Of a DNA stretch of 64,000 nt, positions 41,987-52,890 are shown one piece after another. The first letter of the stretch is position 1; each line of letters opens with the position of its first letter. Position numbers and translations under genes: made by a program. The stretch is from an uncultured delta proteobacterium (GTDB taxonomy: Bacteria; Desulfobacterota; Desulfobacteria; Desulfobacterales; Desulfatirhabdiaceae), in assembly GCA_963789395.1 (NCBI GenBank), contig CAWBKP010000013.1, forward strand, positions 32,001 through 96,000, read 5' to 3'. The notes below the pieces were generated by a model. It did no database searches. It was not told the DNA's origin and saw only the letters and a program-made list of their open reading frames with translations.

Positions 41987-42231
41987 TAACTACTCAAGTA
42001 TACAGAATTCAGGAGTCAGAATTCAGAATGGCCCGCATGAAAGCTTTAAGCAATTTGCCGACGTCTTCAATCAAGCAGGTTGCTTAAAACATCACTATAA
42101 GCAATATCATGGACAATCATCAAACAGCAGCTCGATTCGTCGAGGAACCCTTGGGCAATATTGAAAAAACGAATTTGCAAGATCCCTCATTCTGTCTTCT
42201 GAATTCTGACTCCTGAATACTTAAGCAGTTA
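41987..42231. repeat. MITE-like element with terminal inverted repeats and internal heptamer arrays (filled copy)
   Basis: Left TAACTACTCAAGTATACAGAATTCAGGAGTCAGAATTCAGAATG; right end reverse-complemented TAACTGCTTAAGTATTCAGGAGTCAGAATTCAGAAGACAGAATG. Confidence 0.8.
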
Positions 42232-42426
42232 CAAATTGTCAGCCAATCATATCGAGTCGGATGCACGACAACTTCCATGCGTTGTTGTTCAACCCATACT
42301 GCCCCTTTTGAATAAAGTTTTCAATTGAAATATTCTGCTGGAATCTACAGAATGGCATTGCATGAAAACGGCATAATACGTTATATATAGCGGTCAATAC
42401 ACTCTGATCTCACATAAAGCGCCCTC

Positions 42427-43968
42427 ATGCTGAAAAAACTGATCATCAACGATATGGGCCACGAAACGCGGGTGGCCCTGATTGAAAACGGCACCATAGT
42501 CGAGCTGTTCATCGAAAGACGGGATCTCTCGGACATTGCCGGCAATATTTATAAAGGCAGGGTCCAGCGCGTTCTTCCGGGAATGCAGGCCGCTTTTGTG
42601 GACATCGGCCTCAGCCAGGCCGCGTTCATTTATGTGGATGATGTCGTCGGATATCAGGATACCGAGATCGAACAGTTCATGATTCGCAGCCAGGACGAAG
42701 AAGAGCTTTCAGATGAAATCAATGCCGTGTTCATCGACAGGCCCGCCTCCCATAAGGACCTTCATATCGAGGATCTGATTACGGAAGGCCAGGAAATCCT
42801 GGTGCATGTGGCCAAATCTCCCATGGGCACCAAAGGTGCCCGGGTGACGACCTATATTTCTTTGCCGGGCCGTTTTCTGGTAATGATGCCGTATTCGAAT
42901 CATATCGGCGTGTCCAGAAGGATTCTGGATGAGGCTGAGCGGACCCGGCTCAAAGAGATGGTGATGTCCTTGCGGGATGACGCCGTCGGCTACATTGTCC
43001 GGACAGCCAGTGAGGGCATTCAGCGGGAAAAGCTGGCGCCGGAAATGGTTTTTTTAAAGAATTTATGGGAAGCGATTCTGGCCAAATACAAAACAGCCCC
43101 CGCACCTTCACTGCTGCATAAAGAGCTGAATGTCAGCCTGCGGGCGGTACGGGATCTGCTGACCCACGAGGCGGATTCCCTTATCATCGATTCGCGTCCG
43201 GTGTATGAATCGGTTCTCTCCTTTCTGAATACCTTTATGCCGGGCCTGAAAGACTCGGTTGAACTCTATCAGGGCCAGGAACCCATTTTTGACGCCTACA
43301 ATCTGGAAGGCGACATTTCAAGGGCCCTGAAGCGAAAGGTCTGGCTGAAATCCGGCGGTTATGTCGTCATCGAGCAGACCGAAGCACTGGTTGCCATTGA
43401 CGTCAATACCGGCCGGTACGTGGGCAAACACAATCTTGAAGAGACCATTCTGAAAACCAACCTGGATGCCGTAAAGGAGATCGCCTATCAGATCAGGCTT
43501 CGGGATATCGGCGGCATCATCATCATCGATTTTATCGACATGGAAAAAAAATCCAATCAGGAAAAGGTTTATAATGCCCTGATCGAGGCGTTAAAAATCG
43601 ACCGGAGCAAAACCCATGTCCTGCCCATCTCGGAGATGGGGCTGATTCAAATGACCCGCAAGCGGATACGAAAGCCGTTGAACCGGTTGCTGTGCGAGCC
43701 CTGTTTTTACTGCGAGGGCGAAGGGTATCTCATGTCCCGCAAGACCATCTGCCATAACATTTTCAGGGAAATCCTCAGCGAACACCGCATGCTGGACGGT
43801 ATCAAGATCATGGTCAGGGTCAATCCGGAAATCGCGGAACTGCTTCACGGCGAAGAAAATCATCTGATCTGCCGCCTTGAAAAAATGATCGCCAAACAAA
43901 TCGTCATCTACCCCAATCCGCAGTTTCACCTGGAAGAGTTCGATATTCTGGACGTCTATAAGGAATAG
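42427..43968 (+). CDS. rng: Ribonuclease G (Rne/Rng family)
   Basis: GNIYKGRV, AAFVDIG, IDVNTG, GGIIIIDFIDM, C-terminal CFYC.G.G. Confidence 0.95.
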   Translation: MLKKLIINDMGHETRVALIENGTIVELFIERRDLSDIAGNIYKGRVQRVLPGMQAAFVDIGLSQAAFIYVDDVVGYQDTEIEQFMIRSQDEEELSDEINAVFIDRPASHKDLHIEDLITEGQEILVHVAKSPMGTKGARVTTYISLPGRFLVMMPYSNHIGVSRRILDEAERTRLKEMVMSLRDDAVGYIVRTASEGIQREKLAPEMVFLKNLWEAILAKYKTAPAPSLLHKELNVSLRAVRDLLTHEADSLIIDSRPVYESVLSFLNTFMPGLKDSVELYQGQEPIFDAYNLEGDISRALKRKVWLKSGGYVVIEQTEALVAIDVNTGRYVGKHNLEETILKTNLDAVKEIAYQIRLRDIGGIIIIDFIDMEKKSNQEKVYNALIEALKIDRSKTHVLPISEMGLIQMTRKRIRKPLNRLLCEPCFYCEGEGYLMSRKTICHNIFREILSEHRMLDGIKIMVRVNPEIAELLHGEENHLICRLEKMIAKQIVIYPNPQFHLEEFDILDVYKE

Positions 43969-44006
43969 CGAAATATTGCGCTGACATCCTGAAAATGAAA
44001 CGTCCC

Positions 44007-44034
44007 CGTCATTCCGGCGCATGCCGGAATGACG
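44007..44034. terminator. REP-like palindrome / bidirectional terminator between convergent genes
   Basis: CGTCATTCCGGC-gcat-GCCGGAATGACG (perfect 12-bp arms). Confidence 0.7.
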
Positions 44035-44092
44035 CTGTTTGTGTTTTTCATGTCCGGGAGCAATCCGTCTGATCATTAACGCTGCGAAGCCA

Positions 44093-44752
44093 TCAAGGCT
44101 GGATCAGGCCTGGCCGCATCACGGATTCCAGATGGCGCCGACAGGCTTCCGCATCTGTTTTCCCTGCAGTGCCGGCCAGATGAATCATTTCCCCGAAAGC
44201 GAGCCGCACTTCGGCAAACGGTTTGGGCAGCATGAACCGGTCCCAGCTGTTGAAGAACCAGGCCCTGTTTGCTGAAATCGAAACGGGAACGATCACGGCC
44301 CGGGCAGTCAGGGCCAGGGTTATCGTCCCCGGTTTGACAATCCCGGCCGGCCCCCGGGGACCATCCACGATGTGTCCGGCCATCCGCGAGCGTCTGAGTT
44401 CGCGGATCATTTGTTTGAGCGCTTTCAACCCCCCTTTTGAGGATGAGCCGCGAATGGGTTTCCAGCCATAGCGCCCGACGATGCCGGCCCCGATATCACC
44501 GTCATTACTCTGGCTGATCATCAGCGGCGGGGAAAGTTCTCGAAATTTCCGGATATATGCAAGCGTGGGGAAAACCTGCTGATGCCAGCAGCAGAACAAT
44601 ACGGAGCCGCCATTTTGCATGTAATTCCGCCAGGGCACTTCGTTGACGGTCGTGATTCGAAACGTCCGGCAATAGGCCCGGAGGATTCCATAAAAAATAT
44701 CCAGAAAAATATCCGATTTAATGATCCTGCTTGTATTGATCGCCAACGGCAT
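44093..44752 (-). CDS. DUF374 / lysophospholipid acyltransferase-family protein
   Basis: CWH, ISQSNDG, IRGSSSKGG, DGPRGP, SWDRF.LPKPF. Confidence 0.88.
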   Translation of the reverse strand: MPLAINTSRIIKSDIFLDIFYGILRAYCRTFRITTVNEVPWRNYMQNGGSVLFCCWHQQVFPTLAYIRKFRELSPPLMISQSNDGDIGAGIVGRYGWKPIRGSSSKGGLKALKQMIRELRRSRMAGHIVDGPRGPAGIVKPGTITLALTARAVIVPVSISANRAWFFNSWDRFMLPKPFAEVRLAFGEMIHLAGTAGKTDAEACRRHLESVMRPGLIQP

Positions 44753-44805
44753 CTCCTGTGCAAAACGACAAAGAATGATCAACCCGGCTCACCATTTCAG
44801 TCGAA

Positions 44806-45927
44806 TCAAGGCGAAGATTCCTGTGAGAGAGTGCTTTCATTGCCGGGGTTCAGTATGAGCCTGTCTCCGGGACGGATGGGCTGATTCATGCCAAGATTGT
44901 TCCACATCAAGAGGGACTGTACCGGAATATTAAAGCGCTCGGCTATCTCGGAAAGCGAATCGCCTTTTTTCACCACATACACGTTTTCGGGTCCAGCGGA
45001 TACCAGGGATGGCATCTGACCGGCAAGTCTTTCCTGAAAACCGGCAGCGGCCCCCCGGGGAACGGAAAGCGTCAAAACGCCTTTGGGAAGGGAATACCCC
45101 CGGATTTCCGGATTCAGGTCCCGAATGACCTTGTAACTTGTGCGGGCAGCCCGTGCAATGGAGAGCACCGGTGTTTTCTGGGACAAATTCAGTTGAACGC
45201 GGTCGCATTCCTCGGGCGGATACAGATCCTCCGGCATCAGTTTGAAACCGTATTTTCCCGGATTGGATAAAATCAGCTTAGCCGCAAGAATTCGAAAGAC
45301 ATACCGCTGGGTTTCCTGATAGAGGTATAGATCGTAAAAGTCGGCGGTATCCTGGAGAAGAATCTCTTTTTTGAGCCCCGCCTCGCCCATGTTATAGGCG
45401 GCGGCAGCCAGGGTCCAGGATCCGAAATCGCCATGGAGTTTATTCAGATAGGAAAGGGCCGAACGGGTGGAGGCAGCCATGTTCCGGCGCTCATCCAGCT
45501 CTTCCGAGATGGTCAGTCCATAGCGCTCGCCCGTATCCTTGATAAACTGCCAGTAGCCCATCGCTCCCTTGGGAGATCCGGCAAGTGCCCGCAGCGAGCT
45601 TTCCACCACGGGAATGTATTTGAGGTCATCCGGCAGGCCCTGTTCTTTTAATGCGGTTTGAATATAAGGCATATACCGGTTGGCCCGCTTGAGCCACATA
45701 ATGGTCTGATCCCGGTCCCAGAGCATCAGAAGAAGTTCGCGCTCCAGTCGCTCCCTGGCATCCATACTGTTCAGCGGTGCAGGCTCCCCGCAAAAATCAA
45801 GCGGCTCCTTGACGCGAAGACTGGATACCAGAGACGGAATGCACTCCATATCCGGGATGTCGGTGGTTTGCGCATAACCGCATGACCCCGCACACAAAAC
45901 GGATAACATTATCAATAACTGTATCAT
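44806..45927 (-). CDS. MltD-like lytic transglycosylase with LysM
   Basis: VES, GAMGYWQF, AAYNMG, ET.RYV; C-terminal LysM. Confidence 0.9.
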   Translation of the reverse strand: MIQLLIMLSVLCAGSCGYAQTTDIPDMECIPSLVSSLRVKEPLDFCGEPAPLNSMDARERLERELLLMLWDRDQTIMWLKRANRYMPYIQTALKEQGLPDDLKYIPVVESSLRALAGSPKGAMGYWQFIKDTGERYGLTISEELDERRNMAASTRSALSYLNKLHGDFGSWTLAAAAYNMGEAGLKKEILLQDTADFYDLYLYQETQRYVFRILAAKLILSNPGKYGFKLMPEDLYPPEECDRVQLNLSQKTPVLSIARAARTSYKVIRDLNPEIRGYSLPKGVLTLSVPRGAAAGFQERLAGQMPSLVSAGPENVYVVKKGDSLSEIAERFNIPVQSLLMWNNLGMNQPIRPGDRLILNPGNESTLSQESSP

Positions 45928-45956
45928 AATCCCCCATCACATGGTAAAATTATCGC

Positions 45957-46018
45957 AACTACTCAGGTATAGAGAATTCTGACTCCTGAATTCTGACTCC
46001 TGGATACTTGAGTAGTTA
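45957..46018. repeat. Short (empty) copy of the 41987-42231 element
   Basis: AACTACTCAGGTAT-agagaattctgactcctgaattctgactcctgg-ATACTTGAGTAGTTA. Confidence 0.8.
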
Positions 46019-46078
46019 CAAATATTATAGAGACAAGTCCTTCAAATAACCCGCTTGCCCCATGATTTCGCCATCACA

Positions 46079-46789
46079 ATGAATAAAATCGAAAATGTAG
46101 ACGCCGTTGAAATATCCAGATTTGAATCCCAGTCCCATGAATGGTGGGACCGGCAGGGCGATTTCAAACCCCTTCATGACATCAATCCGGTTCGCCTTCG
46201 GTATATCAATGAACGCGCCGCCCTTTGCGGGAAATCGGTTCTGGATATCGGCTGCGGCGGCGGCATCCTATCCGAAGCCATGGCGGCGCTTGGCGCGACC
46301 GTAACCGGAATCGACCGCGGAGAGGCGCCCCTTCAAGCCGCCCGTCATCATCTTCTGGAAAGCGGACTTCGGGTGACGTATCTGCAAACTACCGCGGAAA
46401 CCATGGCAGCGACCAGCCCATCCTGCTTTGATGTCGTAACCTGCCTGGAAATGCTGGAGCATGTTCCCGATCCCCGTTCCGTCATCAGCGCCTGCAACGC
46501 CCTGGTCAAACCCGGAGGGGACGTGTTCTTTGCAACACTCAACCGAAATCCCAAATCCTTTTTGCTGGCAATTGCCGCAGCAGAATACCTGTTGCGGCTG
46601 ATTCCCAGAGGCACCCACACCTATGGCCGGTTTATCAAACCCTCCGAAATGACGCGCTGGATGCGGCAGGCAGGCCTGATTCCGCAAAATATCATGGGCA
46701 TGCACTACAATCCGCTGTTACGAACCTGTTCGCTGGGCGGAAACCGGGATATCAATTATCTCGTTCACGCAAAACGCCCCCTGGAATGA
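46079..46789 (+). CDS. ubiG: UbiG-like O-methyltransferase
   Basis: NVDAVEI..F......WWD..G.FKPLHDINP.R, LDIGCGGGILSE, CLEMLEHVPDP, AAEY.L...PRGTH.Y..FIKPSE. Confidence 0.9.
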   Translation: MNKIENVDAVEISRFESQSHEWWDRQGDFKPLHDINPVRLRYINERAALCGKSVLDIGCGGGILSEAMAALGATVTGIDRGEAPLQAARHHLLESGLRVTYLQTTAETMAATSPSCFDVVTCLEMLEHVPDPRSVISACNALVKPGGDVFFATLNRNPKSFLLAIAAAEYLLRLIPRGTHTYGRFIKPSEMTRWMRQAGLIPQNIMGMHYNPLLRTCSLGGNRDINYLVHAKRPLE

Positions 46790-46793
46790 GAAC

Positions 46794-47492
46794 TCACATC
46801 AGGCGCAACAGCTCCTGGGGCTGCTGGATCAGGGCTTTTGCGCCGGACTCAAGAAGCTCGTCCCGGGACCGGAACCCCCATAACGCACCGACCGGAAACA
46901 TCCCGGCAGATACGGCGGTCTGCATGTCCGTGGCCGTGTCTCCCAGATAAAGCATGCGAACCGGATCCGCCCCCAGCAAGCCGGATATTTCCAGGGCGCC
47001 GGCCGGATCGGGTTTGCGGGGAACATCCTCCCTTAAGCCGAACACCGCATTGAACCGCCATTTGAAAAGCAGGTCCTGAACGCATTTTACCGTAAACAGA
47101 TGAGATTTATTGGACAAAATGGCCATATCGATCCCCAGGGCCGTCAGCCTGTCCAGCATTTCTGAAATCCCGTCATACAGCCTGGTTTTGACTTTCCAGC
47201 TCTTGTCGTAATCCGCCATAAACGCCGTCAGGCAATCGCGATGTACATCGGTGCCTCTGGCGGATTCCGGCAATGCCCGTTCAATGAGAACGGCCGATCC
47301 ATCCCCCACAAAATACCGATAGGCATCCATCGGATGCACCGGGAATCCGTGATCCGCCAGAACCCTGTTCACCGAATCCCCCAGATCCTCCAGGGTATCC
47401 AGAAGCGTGCCATCCAGGTCAAAGATAACTGCAGTAAATTTTTTCAAAACACCCGCCTTATAACATGCTCCGTTACACCAGTTTTCCAACAA
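46794..47492 (-). CDS. HAD-family phosphatase (Gph-like); true start probably ~47450
   Basis: FDLDGTLLDT, SNK, KPDP, GD...D. Confidence 0.9.
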   Translation of the reverse strand: MLENWCNGACYKAGVLKKFTAVIFDLDGTLLDTLEDLGDSVNRVLADHGFPVHPMDAYRYFVGDGSAVLIERALPESARGTDVHRDCLTAFMADYDKSWKVKTRLYDGISEMLDRLTALGIDMAILSNKSHLFTVKCVQDLLFKWRFNAVFGLREDVPRKPDPAGALEISGLLGADPVRMLYLGDTATDMQTAVSAGMFPVGALWGFRSRDELLESGAKALIQQPQELLRLM

Positions 47493-48654
47493 GCAGTTCC
47501 AATTTCAACCCCCCGTGATAAACGGCATGAAACCGCCATTTCGGAGAAATGCCGCCAATAGCCGAGCGATCGGGAACCATCAGCGCAAATTTCCATCCCC
47601 GGTAATCGGTTGTCAACTTCCGCATCACGGCCTGAATCAGCAGCCTGCTTTCCCGGCGCGTTCCCATCCGTTTTCCATAGGGCGGGTTGATGACCACCAG
47701 ACCCGGCTCAAGCATCAACTCTTCCGGGTTCAGGTCCAAAAAATCCTTTTCCAGGACTTGAATTTGATCCAGCGCAGCATGGGACGCCGCAAGTTCGACC
47801 AGAGCATCGCACGCTTCCGGAGCGGTGTCAAATGCGACCACAGTGGGAAGCGGCCCGGAGATAAACCGCATTTCCGCCGTTTTTCGAATATGACGCCACT
47901 GAGCGGGCCGGAACCCCGGCCACCCCAAGAATGCAAAGTCACGGTTCCACCCCGGCGGAATGTTCCGGGCCATCAACGCCCCCTCTACGGCAAAGGTCCC
48001 GGAGCCGCACATGGGATTGACCAGCGGTTCATCCCCCGAATATCCCGCCAGCATCAAAATGGCCGCTGCCAGGGTTTCCCGGACCGGCGCTGTTCCCGCA
48101 ACCGTTTTAATGCCTCTTTTATAAAGCAAATCGCCGCTGCTGTCTATGGAAACGCTGAACCGGTCATCCACCCCGCGGATGAAAAGCCGCTGCTGCATGA
48201 CAGGCAAGTCCCGAGGTTGCGGATCACCGGCAAACCGGGACAAGCGGTTTCGGACACTTTCTGCAAAAACAGCGGACACCGCATCTTTATGATACAATCG
48301 GCAATGGTGGGTGGCAACACGGATCTGCGGCACGGCATCAGTCGGCAGATAAAGCTCCCAGGGAATTTCCGCTGTTTTTTTTGAAAGCCCCGTAAAATGG
48401 GAAGCAGATAGGGTTTCGATTCTCATCAGAATCCGTGTGGCTGTCCGCAGATACAGGTTGGCCAGATACCCGTCAACCAATTTTCCGCTGAACTCGACGC
48501 CTCCGGGGACCTCGGCCGTATCAGCGGCAAAGGATGGCAGCCGCAGCATCTCCATCCGGCACAGGCTTTCCAGTCCCGGAGGCGTGATGGCAAAAAAATC
48601 GTGCGTTCGGCCCGAGACATTTCGTTTGATGCGTTTTTCAAGAGAAGACGTCAA
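47473..48654 (-). CDS. THUMP-domain RNA methyltransferase (RlmL-like)
   Basis: DSSG..L.KRG, AP.RETLAAA, PMCGSGT, NPPYG. Confidence 0.9.
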   Translation of the reverse strand: MTSSLEKRIKRNVSGRTHDFFAITPPGLESLCRMEMLRLPSFAADTAEVPGGVEFSGKLVDGYLANLYLRTATRILMRIETLSASHFTGLSKKTAEIPWELYLPTDAVPQIRVATHHCRLYHKDAVSAVFAESVRNRLSRFAGDPQPRDLPVMQQRLFIRGVDDRFSVSIDSSGDLLYKRGIKTVAGTAPVRETLAAAILMLAGYSGDEPLVNPMCGSGTFAVEGALMARNIPPGWNRDFAFLGWPGFRPAQWRHIRKTAEMRFISGPLPTVVAFDTAPEACDALVELAASHAALDQIQVLEKDFLDLNPEELMLEPGLVVINPPYGKRMGTRRESRLLIQAVMRKLTTDYRGWKFALMVPDRSAIGGISPKWRFHAVYHGGLKLELLVGKLV

Positions 48655-48892
48655 AATTGCAGTCCCGTTGGCGGTATTGATTTTAATAAAGGCTTGCTTA
48701 TATTATTAGGTTAAAAAATTCCGGCATCACTTCCGTGAGCGTCACGTGCCGGCTGATATTGGATCATAAAAAGCCTGACTCTTCAATTGGTTTCTTATGC
48801 GCACAGACGGTTTTCAGAACTTTCCCTTGACAATGCAGGGAGGTTTGATTAACAATTGTCATGAAGATTATCTATAACATTTATAATCAATT

Positions 48893-48934
48893 AGGCCGAA
48901 ATTGCCGGCATGACCATGCCGAATTCGGCCTTTT
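48893..48934 (+). promoter_or_regulatory. Leader hairpin plus T run upstream of the ABC operon
   Basis: AGGCCGAA...CGGCATG-ac-CATGCCG-aa-TTCGGCCT-TTT, downstream of a TTGACA near 48827. Confidence 0.45.
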
Positions 48935-48975
48935 GTACGTTTGCAACCTGTTTTCCGTTTCACAAGGAGAAAAAC

Positions 48976-49914
48976 ATGATTCATGTTGAGAACCTCACCC
49001 GGTATTATGATGATTTCTGTGCGGTAAACGGAATCCATCTGGACATTCAAAAAGGAGAAATCCTGGGTTTGCTGGGGCCCAACGGGGCCGGCAAAACCAC
49101 GACCCTGAGGATGCTGACCGGATACATTCAGCCGACTGCCGGCCAGATCCGGGTCAAGGATTTAACCATTGGCCCGGATACACTTGAAATCAAAAAGCGG
49201 ATCGGATACCTTCCGGAATCCGCCCCCCTCTACCATGACATGATTGTCTATGATTATCTGAATTATATCGCGGCTATCCGGGAAATCGAAAATGACCGGA
49301 AACTGTCCCGGATTTACGAACTGGCGCAATTATGCGGCCTGAACACGGTCATGCACAAGACCATCGGAGAGCTGTCCAAGGGGTTTAAGCAGCGCGTGGG
49401 CCTTGCGCATGCACTGATGAACGACCCGGAGATACTGGTTCTGGATGAACCCACATCGGGTCTGGATCCCAACCAGATCGTGGAAATCCGGGAAATCATC
49501 CGAAAGATCGGCCGGGAAAAAACCATTATCCTGTCCACCCACATCCTCAGTGAAGCCGAAGCCACCTGCGATCGAATCGCCATCATCCATCAGGGGAAAA
49601 TCGTCGCCGACGGCAGCACCCAGGCCATCAAACAGTCGGCCGGCAAGGAGCGGATGATTTTTATTACGCTCGACAATGGGGATTTTGCAGCGGTTCAACA
49701 GCAATTGGGGGCTGTCAAGGGAATCGACCGGATCGAAAAAATAGCCGCATCCGATTCGAATTTACTCGAAATCCAGGTTACCGTCCGATCCGAGACGGAT
49801 ATCCGAAAAGACATATATCAGATCATCCGTCAGGCCGATTGGCTGCTTCTGGAATTCCGTCAGGAAACCCAGACGCTCGAACATATTTTCCGTGAACTTA
49901 CCCTGGAGAACTAA
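48976..49914 (+). CDS. ABC transporter ATPase (GldA-like)
   Basis: GPNGAGKTT, LSKGFKQRVG, LDEPTSGLDPNQ. Confidence 0.93.
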   Translation: MIHVENLTRYYDDFCAVNGIHLDIQKGEILGLLGPNGAGKTTTLRMLTGYIQPTAGQIRVKDLTIGPDTLEIKKRIGYLPESAPLYHDMIVYDYLNYIAAIREIENDRKLSRIYELAQLCGLNTVMHKTIGELSKGFKQRVGLAHALMNDPEILVLDEPTSGLDPNQIVEIREIIRKIGREKTIILSTHILSEAEATCDRIAIIHQGKIVADGSTQAIKQSAGKERMIFITLDNGDFAAVQQQLGAVKGIDRIEKIAASDSNLLEIQVTVRSETDIRKDIYQIIRQADWLLLEFRQETQTLEHIFRELTLEN

Positions 49915-49916
49915 AC

Positions 49917-50621
49917 ATGAGCCCCGTCATCCATATCTTCAAGAGAGAATTCAGCGCTTACATGGTATCGCCGGTTGCCTACATCGTCATTTCCGTGTTT
50001 TTGATCATCACCGGCTGGTTTTTCTTCACACCGTTTTTTCTGCAGAACCAGGCCAGTCTCCGCAATTTTTTCTCCCTGTTGCCCCTGGTTTTCGCCTTTG
50101 TCGTGCCGGCAATCACCATGCGCCTGCTTTCAGAGGAGTTCAGCGTCGGCTCTTACGAAACCCTGCTGACGCTTCCGGTAACATTCAATGATATCGTTCT
50201 GGGAAAATTTCTGGCGGCAACGGGTTTTACAGCCGTCATGCTGGCGCCGACCCTGCTGTACCCGATCACGGTTTCGGTTCTGGGCTCCCTGGACTGGGGA
50301 CCGGTCCTGGGCGGGTATATTGGCGCATTGCTGCTGGGCGCCGCATTTTCAGCCATCGGTCTTCTGGCCTCATCCCTTACCCGGAACCAGATCATTGCCT
50401 TTATCGTGGGAATGGCCATCTGCTTCAGCCTGTGCCTGATCGACAAGATGCTCTTTTTTCTGCCCCAGTCTCTGCTGGGTTTCTTTGAATACCTGGGCGC
50501 GGATTTTCATTTTCAAAACATCGCCAAAGGCATTCTGGATACGCGGGATATCCTGTATTTCATCAGTGTCGGATTTATCGGACTCTACGGCGCCAATCTG
50601 GCCATACGGGAAAAATGTTAA
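49917..50621 (+). CDS. ABC-2 permease (GldF-like)
   Basis: RE...Y..SPVAY, PAITMRL..EE...G..E.L.TLP, NQIIA. Confidence 0.9.
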   Translation: MSPVIHIFKREFSAYMVSPVAYIVISVFLIITGWFFFTPFFLQNQASLRNFFSLLPLVFAFVVPAITMRLLSEEFSVGSYETLLTLPVTFNDIVLGKFLAATGFTAVMLAPTLLYPITVSVLGSLDWGPVLGGYIGALLLGAAFSAIGLLASSLTRNQIIAFIVGMAICFSLCLIDKMLFFLPQSLLGFFEYLGADFHFQNIAKGILDTRDILYFISVGFIGLYGANLAIREKC

Positions 50622-50632
50622 GGAGCGGTATT

Positions 50633-52890
50633 ATGAAAAAACAGACGAATCGGACACAGCGATCCGGAAAATACATCAAATTTATCGCCTATGCTGCGGC
50701 ATTGATCCTTTTGAACATGGCCGGCATGACGCTTTTTGCGCGCATTGATCTGACCGGAAATCATATCTATTCACTTTCAAAAGCCAGCCGCGATGCGGTC
50801 AAAGCCCTTACCGAACCCTTGACCATTAACGTCTTTTTTACGCGGAATCTTCCGGCGCCATACAACAGCACCGAGCGGTATCTCCACGACCTTCTGGCCG
50901 AATATGCGGTATATGCCGGCAAAAATTTCAATTACCGCTTTTACGATGTCAGCCCGGATGACGGGGCGCCGCAGTCAGCCAAACTGGAGAACCAGAAGCT
51001 GGCGGAATCCTACGGCGTTCAGCCGGTTCAGATTCAGGCGGTTGAAAATGACGAGGTCAAATTTCAAAAAGCCTATATGGGACTGGTGCTGATTCACGGG
51101 GATCTGGTGGAGCGCATTCCGGCCATAACCAGCACCGACGGGCTTGAATATCAGATCACAACGGCGATCCAGAAACTCACCAACAAGGTCAGCGTGCTGC
51201 TGGGGCTCAAAGACAGTATCCAGGTGAAGCTCTACATGTCTTCATCGCTGGATGCGATCGCCCCTTACATGGGACTTAAAACCCTGCCCAAGCTCAATAC
51301 GGATATCGCCTCCCTGGTGAAAAAACTGAATCATCAGCTGTACGGTAAACTGTCCTATACGTTCCTGGATCCCACCCTGGATCCGAAGCTGGAAGCTGAT
51401 GTCGCGGCAAATCAGATCATGTCGATCAAATGGCCGGAGCTTTCCGACGGCAAAATTCCGGCCGGCCAGGGTGCTATCGGCCTGGTGGTTCAATACGGAG
51501 CCAAAACCGCCTCCATTCCGCTGCTGCAGGTCATTCAGATTCCCATCCTCGGCACCCAGTATCAGCTGGCGGAGATGAACGCCATAGAAGAGGCCATCAA
51601 TCAGCAGGTGGAAACCCTCATCGGCATCAATGAAACCATCGGGTATCTTGCGGATCACGGCACGCCCAACCTCTATGGCTCTCCGATGGGCCGCGGCCAG
51701 CAGGGCGCCCCGGAAGACGTTGACACGTTTCGCGGCCTGGTTTCCAAGACCTATTCATTCAAGGACATTCAGCTCAAGGACCCGTCGATTTCAGACGGAT
51801 TCAACTGCCTGATAATCGCCGGCCCCACAAAGCCTTTCAGCGATTATGATCTCTTCCAGATCGACCAGTATCTGATGAAGGGCAAAAACCTGGCCCTGTT
51901 TCTGGATGCCTTTAAGGAGGGCGGCTCTCAGCCAAACATGTTCAATGCCCAGGGCCCTCAAGAGGTTCCCCTGAATACCGGCCTGGAAAAACTTCTGGAG
52001 CATTACGGCATCAGCATCAAACCGGCGATGGTAATGGATGAGAACTGTTTCAAGCAGCAGGTGCCGCAGCAGTACGGCGGCGGCGAGCGGAACATCTATT
52101 TTGCGCCCCTGATCAAAAACGAGCAGATCAACAAGGATCTTCCCTTCATGGCACCGATCAAGGGGCTGGTCGCCTATAAAATGTCCCCCTTGATTGCGAA
52201 CAGCGACAAACTTGCTCAAAACGGGGTCAAGGCCAATCTGCTGTTCTCATCCTCCCCGAAATCCTGGGAAATGAAAGCGCCGTTGAACCTCAATCCCCTG
52301 TTCATTCAGCCGCCGGCCGCAAATGAAAAAATGGCCGCCGCAACCCCTGGCCTATATCCTGGAAGGGGAATTCCCCAGTTATTTTGCGGGAAAACCCATC
52401 CCCGAAAAGCCGCAACCGGATAAATCTCAACAAAACCCGGATGAATCCGCTGAACTGGAAACTCCGGAGAAAAAACCGGCCCCGGAACACCTGCCGCTCC
52501 TGCTGACGCTCAAAATCCGCCGACCTTTCAAAAATCGAAGGCGGCGGCAAAGTGATCGCCAAGGGAAAACCCGGAAAGATTTTTCTGATGGCATCCTCTG
52601 AAATGCTGAAAGACAACATCCTGGATGAGGCCGGCCGCAGCCCCAATGCCGTCTTTATCCTGAATGTTCTGGATTATCTCAACAACCATCAGGACATTGC
52701 CATGATGCGCAGCAAGGAACAGCGATTCAATCCGCTGGCGGATCTTTCGCCGATGGCAAAAACCGGCATCAAGTCCCTGAATATTGCCGGGCTTCCGGTC
52801 CTGGTTGTCCTTGCGGGTCTGGTCGTATGGCTTCGCCGCAAATCCCGCAGACGGCAAATTCAACTGTTGTTTCAAAAGCAGGAAGGTTGA
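50633..52890 (+). CDS. GldG-family ABC auxiliary component (frameshifts near 52340 and 52500)
   Basis: RIDLT....YSLS..S, LEYQIT.AI, IDQYLMKG, N..F.LN..D.L, C-terminal TM. Confidence 0.88.

Noticed and set aside
41987..42231. CRISPR array
   Set aside because: Repeats are inverted and heptameric, not direct repeats with spacers; no cas genes
45957..46018. Integron attC site
   Set aside because: AAC...GTT ends and size are suggestive, but the RYYYAAC/GTTRRRY consensus and extrahelical bases are lacking, and there is no cassette array or IntI
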